A DNA stretch of 64,000 nucleotides from Candidatus Latescibacterota bacterium. GTDB taxonomy: Bacteria; Latescibacterota; UBA2968; GCA-2709665. Below the pieces are notes generated by a model. The model was not told the DNA's origin and did not search any database. It was given only the letters and a program-made list of their open reading frames with translations. The position numbers and the translations under genes were made by a program. The stretch lies in the NCBI GenBank assembly GCA_965219995.1, contig CBDCOX010000002.1, positions 640,001 to 704,000 on the forward strand, read 5' to 3'. Below are positions 10,582 through 20,500 of the stretch, in pieces (the stretch's first letter is position 1; every line of letters starts with the position of its first letter).

Positions 10582-10629
10582 TCACATAAAAATCACTATA
10601 TTTCGACCGATAATTCACTAATTAGTCAC
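10582..10629. promoter_or_regulatory. Phased direct-repeat boxes (TCAC at 10582, 10593, 10615, 10626), putative OmpR/PhoB-type binding sites, copy 1
   Basis: Spacing of 11/22/11 bp is reproduced in the paralogous region at 11457-11504. Confidence 0.55.
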
Positions 10630-10649
10630 ATTAGTATCGTATATTAGAC

Positions 10650-10678
10650 AAATTAAACAGCTACTCTATGCCCGTCAA
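10650..10678 (-). promoter_or_regulatory. Putative sigma70 promoter for the kinase genes
   Basis: TTGACG-N17-TAATTT on the minus strand upstream of 10461. Confidence 0.45.
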
Positions 10679-10694
10679 GGCAAATAAACACAAA

Positions 10695-10808
10695 ATGCCA
10701 CTGAAATATCATAAAATATCAATGCTTGCAGCTGCTTCGCGCGAGTCGACGCGCGGGGGCCGCCGGTCTCGCCTCTTCGCCCTCAACCTCCTGATTTCCT
10801 CGCATTGA
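10695..10808 (+). pseudogene. Remnant 5' end of a second adhesin gene (37 codons)
   Basis: MPLKYHKISMLAAASRESTRGG aligns with the adhesin start MTLKYHNTARPVNAKTGSTCGG. It lies 113 bp from the first TCAC box, versus 114 bp in copy 2. Confidence 0.65.
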
Positions 10809-11159
10809 GCATAGCACCGGTTCAGTCAGCGCGGTATCCGGAGGCGGGCCACAAGCACGAGATACCATCTTCATTACAGTTTCGCCCATGGACAGCAGGA
10901 GGCTCTACTTTTGATCGAGCACATTGAATGCACGGGCACCTGGCGCGCAGTTTCCGTGTCCGAAGGCCTCCCCGAAGTGTGTATCGAACACGTCGCCGAG
11001 GACGGCGAAGGCTATCTGTGGTTTGCATCCTTATATGGTCGTATGGGCGATCCCGTCGGTTCGAATTCAGATCGGTAATCTTCCCTGAGACAGCGAGTGG
11101 GCAACCACCGAATGGCAGGACCGCCTGTCCGGCGTGGCTGTAGCCGGAAGCAAAGCCGA

Positions 11160-11341
11160 TCCTGTTGACGGACGCCGGTGTTCCCTGCAAAGTCATCGAC
11201 GACGACGGTGCCAACCGGTGACGTGTTCAGTATCATCCGCGGGTCCAGACTCTCCTAGATCCGCACGCTCGCCTAGCTCGACATGGAAAGTCGCACCTGC
11301 AGCGACCCTGCTTCGCCGCCAGCCTGTTTCTCCGACTCGAT
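11160..11341 (-). pseudogene. Decayed 5' end of a third kinase-fusion paralog
   Basis: Reads IESEKQAGGE...SMSS*ASVRI*ESLDPRMILNTSPVGTVVVD versus MESEEQAGGK...SMSGESSVRISESLDLETLLNTSPVGLVVID. ATG has become ATC, with two in-frame TAG stops and then a frameshift. Confidence 0.8.
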
Positions 11342-11456
11342 GATCTCTCCTTGATTTGCTGATTGAATTCCGTGCCATTCCGTTTTGTGATCGACGGAAC
11401 CTTCCGTCGCACGATTGCAGACGGGTGGTGCGGTTTTTTTCTGTTTTATCGAAAAA

Positions 11457-11504
11457 TCACAATAAAACCACGATTTTTGGCCCTGTAAGTCACAAATTAA
11501 TCAC
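11457..11504. promoter_or_regulatory. Phased direct-repeat boxes (TCAC/CCAC at 11457, 11468, 11490, 11501), copy 2, upstream of adhesin
   Basis: Same 11/22/11 spacing as copy 1, within an AT-rich intergenic tract. Confidence 0.55.
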
Positions 11505-11570
11505 ATTAATTTTGTATATTAAGCAACTTATACCAGATGATAGATGTCTATCGATGCGAGTTGCCATAAT

Positions 11571-14500
11571 ATGACATTAAAATATCATAATACAGCCAGA
11601 CCGGTTAACGCTAAGACCGGATCGACGTGCGGCGGCCCGAGCCATGCCCGATATGCTACCGGCTCGGACAGGTGCATCGCGGGATGCCGCCGCCGGAGAC
11701 CTTGGCTCGGACTCGTCTCCAGGTCGAGAAATTCGATTTTCCGGACAGCGCTGTCCGTCATTACGCTTCTGATTCTCGGGGCGGCTGATCGGGCGGTCGC
11801 CCAGTCGCAGGACCTGGTCTTATCCGAGTCGTCGCTGGTTGTGGAAGAGAATGCTGATAACTCGTATACGGTAAAATTGGCCACGGCGCCTACCGCGGAC
11901 GTGACGGTGACGATCAGCGGAACATCGGGAACGGATCTCTCGGTAGATAACACCAGCCTGACGTTTACGTCCACAACCTGGAATGCCGAACAGACGGTGA
12001 CGGTCACGGCGGCCGGAGACACCGACGCCACGGACGACACCGCGACACTGACGCATACGGCGTCCGGTGGCGACTATGCGTCGGTAACGAAAAACCTTCC
12101 GGTCGCCGTGGAAGACGTAACCACGGTGACGATGAACATCTCAGGATTGCTGTCGAGCATCTCCGAGGCCGGCGACGTGTATGCTTCCCTGGAGTTGTCT
12201 GCGAGTCTGAATTTGGCGCTGAGCGACGACGTGACGTTGACGGTTTCGGCGGCGCCTGCAGATGCCAACACGACCGCGGATCATTATACGTTGAGTCCGG
12301 ATCCGCCGGAGATCACGATAGCCTCCGGCGCAACGCAGACTGGCGACGTTGTGAACTTCGTGCCCGTGGACGACCACAAGACGGGGCACAAGAACGTGAC
12401 ACTGACTTTCACGGTGAACAACGATCGCGTGACCGTGTCACCCGGAACGACCTACAATGTATTCATCCGCAACGACGACCTCGCGCAGATCACCCTGGAG
12501 CTGCAGCCCGCGCCTATATTCGAAAACGGACGCGCCGGCAGGGTGAGGGCACGTCTGCTGCGTTCGAGGCCCCAGACCGAGCAGGTGACGCTGAACATTG
12601 CCGCGACGGCGTCTTCGCCCACGGTTGCCTCGGATTTCACGTTGTCGGGCCAGGCGTTGACGTTCCCGCCCGGCTCGTTCATGAGCGAGGGGCTGGTGGA
12701 GATCACGGCGAACGACGACACCGACATGGATGACGAGATCGTTATCGTTTCGGCAACCGTCGAGGCCGGGCAGGGCGTCATCGAACCCGATCCGCTAAAC
12801 CTGCAGATCGTCGACGACGACGAATCGGGGCCGATCACGTTGTCCCTGCGCCTGTCGCCGGATCGACTCGTCGAGTCCGGAGGATCCACCATTAGCACGG
12901 TTACCGCGGAGGCGAGCCGGCCGCTGTCGCAGGCCGCGACGATAACGGTTTCCGCGTCACCCGATTCCGCTGTCGCGACCACGACGACGGATGATTTCAC
13001 GCTGAGCTTGAACCGGGAGCTCCTGATCGGCGTGGGGGAAACCGCCAGCAGGGGGGCGGTAACCATTACCGCTGTGGACAACGCGCTGTACGAAGGCACC
13101 CACAAGAGCGTGCTTGTAGCGGGAACGGTTACCGGCAACACGGGAGTCGCGGCGCCGCCGGAGCGGGTATTGACGATACTGGAGAATGATTCCAAGGCGC
13201 TGGTCCAGATGATCGCGACGCCGGGAGAAATCGATGAAGACGGCGGTGTCAGCACGATCAGCGCGGTTTCTTTCGTGCCCATGCCCGAGACGGTGACCTT
13301 CGACGTCAGAGTCTTCGGTTCGACGCTTACGTTGAGCGACAACGTTCAGCTGACGATGCCCGCCGGTCAGACGATGAGTACGGGGACCGTAACGGTTACG
13401 GCGGGGGACGTTGCGGGCACGAACAATACCTCCGCCTCCATCAGCAGAACGAACCTCAGTTCATCGTCCTTTACCGTGAGGACGACGAGCGTCATCATCC
13501 TCGACGACGACGCGACGGCGTCCATGCTCTGGATGTTGCTGTCGCCGAACCGACTGGTCGAGGGCCAGGGTCAGACAAGCGTGGTTTCGGCGTACCTGAC
13601 CCAGCCCCTGGCCGAAAACGTCAGCGTGACCGTCGCGTTCGATGAGGACAATACGACGGCGTTTGCGGATGAGTACACGTTGAGTACAGACCGGACTCTG
13701 ACCATATCGGCGGGCGACACCACCAGCACCGGGACCGTGACGCTCTCGACGGTGGACAACGACTACTACAGCCACAGATTCGGCTCCAAAGTCGCATACA
13801 CGTATGAAGTAACCGGACCGGACGGCCTGAATGCGGCGAAAATACAGAACGACTGGAATATCGTCGAAGACGAATCTCCGCCCGAAGTCACGCTGGTACT
13901 GACTCCGGATGCGATCGGCGAAGACGGCGGGATGTCCACGGTGACGGCTGAACTGAACTCAGCGGTACGAAGTGACGTCACCGTGACGGTGTCCACCGAG
14001 GCGTCAGTCGACTTTACGCAGACCGGTTCGACGCTGACAATCGCTCAGGGGTCGAAGACGAGCACGGGAACGGTAACATTGACTGCCATCGACAACGACG
14101 TCGATGCGCTGGACAGGCTGGTGCTTGTCTCCGGGGCGTTGACGATCGCCGATGAGTTGTCTTTCGGGACCATTGCGTTCCCCTACAGCCGGCAGTTGAC
14201 AATCACGGACGACGACGATGCGAACCTGGTGCTGTCCTCGCAGACGTTGCCGGTAAACGAGGGCTCCAGCAACACATTCCGCGCCAGGCTGGACACGGAG
14301 CCCACCGCGAACGTAACCGTAAATATCGGACTGCCGCCCGGCACGGACGTGTCGGTAAACAATCCGGTTCTGACCTTCACGCCCACGACCTGGAATACGG
14401 AACAGACCGTAACGGTCCTCGCCGCACACGATGACGACGCGGTCGATGACACCGCGATTTTGACGCTCGAGGCATCCGGCGGAGGTTATGGTTCCATCAG

Positions 14501-17500
14501 CAAGGACCTGGACGTCACGGTCACGGACGACGACGAGGCGGCGATCGTGCTTTCTCCCGCGCCGCTGCCCGTGGACGAAAACGATGACAACAGCTATACC
14601 GTGAAGCTGGACACGGAGCCGACGGCGACGGTGACGGTAACGATCGGCGGTCACTCGGGTACGGATCTGTCGCTGGACAAGACGAGTCTGACGTTCACGA
14701 CGACGACGTGGAACACGGAACAGACGGTAACGGTAACTGCCGGTGACGACGACGACGGGGTCGACGACGACGAGACGTTGACGCACGTTGCGTCGGGTGG
14801 TGACTACGCGTCGGTAACGAAGGACCTCGACGTCACGGTCACGGACGACGACGAGGCGGCGATCGTGATCGATCCCGCGCCGCTGCCCGTGGACGAGAAC
14901 GACGACAACGCCTATACCGTGAAGCTGGACACGGAGCCGACGGCGACGGTGACGGTGACGATCGGCGGTCACTCGGGTACGGATCTGTCGCTGGACAAGA
15001 CGAGTCTGACGTTCACGACGACGACGTGGAACACGGAACAGACGGTAACGGTAACTGCCGGTGACGACGACGACGGGGTCGACGACGACGAGACGTTGAC
15101 GCACACGGCGTCTGGCGGTGACTACGGATCCGTGACGAAGGATCTGCCCGTTACGGTCACGGACGACGATGAGGCGGCGATCGTGATCGATCCCGCGCCG
15201 CTGCCCGTGGACGAGAACGACGACAACGCCTATACCGTGAAGCTGGACACGGAGCCGACGGCGACGGTGACGGTGACCATCGGAGGTACGGCGGATACGG
15301 ATCTCACCACGGATCCGCCGATCCTGACGTTCACGACCGGGAACTGGAGTACGGAGCAGACGGTGACGGTAACTGCCGGTGAAGACGACGACGCGGTCGA
15401 CGATAGCGCGACGCTGACGCACACGGCGTCCGGCGGTGACTACGGATCCGTGACGAAGGATCTGCGGGTCATGGTCACGGACGACGACGAGCCGGCGATC
15501 GTCCTTTCCCCCGTGCCGCTGAGTGTGGACGAGAACGACGACAACGCCTATACCGTGAAGCTGGATACGAAGCCGACGGCGACGGTAACGGTGACGATCG
15601 GCGGTCACTCGGGTACGGATCTGTCGCTGGACAAGACGAGCCTGACGTTCACGACGACCACGTGGAACACGGAGCAGACGGTGACGGTGTCCGCGGGTGA
15701 CGACGACGACGGGGTCGACGACAGTGAGACGCTGACGCACACGGCGTCTGGCGGTGACTACGTGTCGGTGACGAAGGACCTCGAAGTCGCGGTCACCGAC
15801 GACGACGATCCGGCACTGGTTATTACGCCCCCTTCACTCGGGGTACTTGAGAACGGGGACAGGCCGTACACGGTATCTTTGGCCACGGAGCCGACGGCGA
15901 CGGTAACGGTGACGATCGGCGGACACTCAGGTACGGATCTGTCGCTGGACAAGACGAGTCTGACGTTCACGACGACGACGTGGAACACGGAGCAGACGGT
16001 GACGGTATCCGCGGCAGACGATACCGACGCTGTCAACGACCCCGAGACCCTGACGCACACGGCGTCCGGCGGCGACTACGGGACCGTGAGCAAAGACCTT
16101 CCGGTGACGGTCACCGACAACGATGAGGCAGGGCTATCCCTGTCGTCCCCGGCGTTGGAGGTCGGAGAAAATGATGACGAGACGTACACGGTGGCGTTGG
16201 CCACGGAGCCGACGGCGACGGTGACGGTGACGATCGGCGGTCACTCGGGTACGGATCTATCGCTGGACAAGTCGAGCCTGACGTTCACAGCGACGTCGTG
16301 GAACACGGAGCAGACGGTGACGGTGTCGGCGGGGGACGATGACGATGCGGTCAATGACGGTGAGACCCTGACGCACACGGCGTCGGGAGGGGACTACGGG
16401 TCCGTAAGCAAGGACCTTCCGGTGACGGTCGCTGACGATGACGAAGCGGCGATCGTTCTTTCTCCGACGCCGCTGACGGTCAACGAGAACGACGACAACA
16501 CCTATACCGTGCGGCTGGCCACTGAGCCGACGGCGACGGTAACGGTAACGATCGGCGGTCACTCGGGTACGGATCTGTTGCTGGACAAGACGAGCCTGAC
16601 GTTCACGACCGGGAACTGGAGCACGGAGCAGACAGTGATGGTGTCGGCTGGGGACGACGACGACGCGGTCAACGACGGTGAGGACCTTACGCACACGGCG
16701 TCGGGAGGTGACTACGGGTCCGTGACGAAGGACCTGTCCGTCACGGTCACGGACGACGACGAGGCGGCGATCGTGCTTGCTCCCGCGTCGCTGCCGTTGG
16801 ACGAGAACGGCGATAACACGTATACCGTTAAGCTGGCCACGGAGCCGACGGCGACGGTGACGGTGACCATCGGCCTTCCGCCGGGAACCGACGTTTCGCT
16901 GGACAGGACGAGTTTGACGTTCACGACCGGAAACTGGAACGCGGAGCAGACCGTGAGGGTATCGGCGGGGGACGATGAAGACGCGGTCGACGACAGCGAG
17001 ACGCTGACGCATGCGGCGTCGGGAGGTGACTACGTGTCCGAGACGAAGGACCTGCCCGTCACGGTCACGGACGACGACGAGGCGGCGATCGTGCTTGCTC
17101 CCGCGTCGCTGCCGTTGGACGAGAATGACGACGCTACGTACACCGTCGTGCTGGACACGCGGCCGATCTCAACCGTAACGGTGACGATTGGAGGTACGGC
17201 CGGTACGGACCTCACAACAGATCTGCCAAACCTGACGTTCACGACAGGAAACTGGAACGTGGAGCAGACGGTGACGGTGTCGGCGGGGGACGACGACGAC
17301 GCGGTCAACGACAACGAGACGCTGACTCACGTGGCGTCCGGCGGGGACTACGGCTCCGTGACGAAAGACCTGCCCGTCACGGTCACGGACGACGACGAAG
17401 CGGGTCTGGTTCTGGCGCCGGAGACTCTGGGTGTTCGGGAAAACGGATCCGCGCCGTATCGGGTCAGGCTTGCCACGAGGCCGACGGCTGATGTATCCGT

Positions 17501-20500
17501 GGCGATAAGCGGGTACATGGGTACCGACCTGACATTGGACGAAACGGGTCTGACGTTCACCACCGCGACGTGGAACGTGGAGCAGACGGTGACGGTGACC
17601 GCGGGGGACGACGTCGATGCAGTCAGCGAAGACGCGACAATTTCACATACTGCTTCCGGGGGCGACTATGGGTCTGTCACCGCGGATCTTTCGGTCGTGG
17701 TCACGGACGACGATGCGCCGGCGCTGGTATTGTCGCCGCCATCGCTGACGTTAATGGAAGGTGAGAACGTCACCTACACGGTGTCGTTGGCAACACGGCC
17801 GACGGCAGGCGTAACGGTGACCATCGGCGGGACGGCGGACACGGACCTGTTGCTGGACAAGACGCTTCTGACGTTTTCGACCACGGACTGGAACATCGAC
17901 CAGACCGTGAGCGTGTCGGCGGAGGCTGACGACGACAGCGGCAGTGACACCGCGACGTTGACGCATACTGCCTTTGGGGGTGACTATGGGTCCGTTACAA
18001 GGGATCTTCGGGTTCTGGTTACGGACGACGACGAGGCTGACCTGGTGATTTCGCCTCGGTCGCTGACGGTGACCGAGGGGTCCAGCGCCAGCTACCGGGT
18101 CAGGCTGTCGACGTTGCCGGGCGGCGCCGTAACGGTGACCATCGTCGTCACGTCGGATGCCGACGTGAGCCTCAGCACGACGACCCTGAGATTTACACCG
18201 GAGAACTGGAACGTGGATCAGTCGGTGAGGGTGTCCGCGGCGCACGATGCAGACAGCAGCGACGACTCGGCGAGACTGTCGCATTCGGCCGCCGGCGCTG
18301 CATACGGATCGGTGCGTAAGGATCTCCCGGTGAGGGTGGCCGACGATGACGAGGTGGGGCTTGTAATGTCGCCGGCGTCGCTGTCGTTTGGAGAGGGGAC
18401 CAGCACCGCTTACACGGTGAAGCTGTTCTCGCAGCCCGGTGCGAACGTGATCGTAACGATCTCGGGGGGAAGCGAGGCGGATCTCAGGCTGGGCAGGAAC
18501 ACGCTGGCATTCAACAATTCGAACTGGAACACGGCGCAGACGGTGACGGTGACCGCGGGTCATGATGACGACGCGGTCAATGACACGGGCGTCCTCGCGC
18601 ACATGGCCTCGGGAGGCAACTACGGATCTGTGCGCGAAAACCTGCCCGTTACGGTAATCGACGACGACAGTGGCGGCGGAGGCCGGGGTGTGGCGGGGGA
18701 CATCGTGCTGGCACCGGCGTCGCTGCGTGTGGACGAGGGGACCCATGAAGATTACACTATTGCACTCAACGCGCCGCCGGGTTCGGATGTTACCGTGACC
18801 ATCGGCGGGACGACGGGTACGGATATTTCGCTGGATAAAGAGTCCCTCACATTCGGTACCGCATCGTGGAACACGCCGCAGACGGTGAGGGTATCGGCTG
18901 CGCACGATGACGACGCAGACGACGATTCCGCAACGCTGTCGCACGCCGCATCCGGCGGCGGCTATGATACGGTCGGCAGGAACCTCGCAGTGACGGTTAC
19001 CGACGACGACACGCGCGATGAACAGGCGGGAGCCGAAGTGACCGTCTCCTTCGCAAGGACGAATTATACCGCGGAGGAGGGCGGGAATCCCGCGCAGGTC
19101 ACGGTGCGCGTGGTGCTCAACAGCGACCCCGAACGGGAGGTGACGGTCCCGTTGACGGTCGACCTGAACGGCGGCGCCACACCGGACGACTTCGAGGGCG
19201 TTCCCGAAGCAATTACGTTTGGCGTCGGCCAGATGGCGAAATCCTTCAACGTCATTGCTGTCGACGACGACGTGGACGATGACGGCGAGAGTCTGACGAT
19301 CGGCTTCGGTTCCCTGCCGGATCGGATCGTCGCAGGCAGACCCTCCTCGACCGAGATTCACATTGTTGACAATGACGACCCGATGACGGTCGTCTCTTTC
19401 GCCCGCGATAGCTATACCGCCAGGGAGGGTAGCGCTCCGGCGCGTGTGACGGTGCGCGTGATGCTGAGCGGCGACCCGGAGCGCAGGGTTACGGTCCCGA
19501 TCAGCGTGAACCTGCTGGGCGGTGCGACGCTCGAAGACTTCGAGGGCGTGCCGGCGTCGGTCACTTTCGGTCGCGGGGAGATGGAAAAGTTCTTCGATGT
19601 CATCGCTGTCGATGACGATCTTGACGATGACGACGAGAGCATCGCCGTCGGTTTCGGAACGTTGCCCGATCGGGTGATTCCGGGCAATCCCGCCGAGGCT
19701 GTGATTCACATTGAAGACGACGACGATCCCGTGGTAAACGTCTCGTTCGACCGTTCATCCTATGACGCCGCGGAGGGCGGTAATCCGGCGCTGGTCGCGG
19801 TGTTGTTGGGCGCGGACCCCGAGCGCGAAGTGACGATTCCAGTGGTAGTGACGCACGGCGGCGGGGCCACGGCAGCGGACTACGACGGCGTGCCTCCCAA
19901 CGTCGTTTTCAACAGCGGCGAGACGCGAAAACAGTTCGCGATTGCGGCCGTCGACGACGACGTAGACGATGACGGCGAATCCGTGACGTTAGGATTCGGC
20001 ACGCTGCCCGAAAGAGTCGAACGGGGTCGCCCGATGAACGCGGCGGTTACAATTGTGGACAACGACGAACGCGGTGTGACCGTTTCCACAAGGGCATTGG
20101 CCGTTCCGGAAGGGCAGGCCGCCAGCTATACCGTCGTGATCCGTAGCGAGCCGACGTCGCAGGTGAACGTCGACGTCACGGTAACGGCGAATCCCGACGT
20201 ATCGGTAGATCCTTTACAGATGACTTTTTCAACGGAGAACTGGGACGTTCCGCAGGAGGTTGTGGTGCTCGCGGCCCACGACGACGATGCGATCGTCGAC
20301 AGGGCAACGTTGAATCATGCGACCAGCGGGGGCGACTACGGCGCCGTGGCCGTGCCCTCTCTTGCTGTCACGGTGATCGAAGACGACGTACCCGTGGTGG
20401 CGATTGGAAATGAACGTGTTACGGAACACGCGGGAGACATGGTGTTCACGGTTTCGCTGGACGTGCAAAGCAGCGAGGAAGTCATCGTGAACTACGCTAC

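Noticed and set aside
14500-17400. Regular repeats as a possible CRISPR array
   Set aside because: The period is 318 bp, in frame and protein-coding; there are no unique spacers and no cas genes.
14004-19709. Long minus-strand ORFs (578 aa, 652 aa and others) over the adhesin
   Set aside because: Antisense shadows of a GC-rich repetitive gene; Arg/Val-rich translations with no domain motifs.
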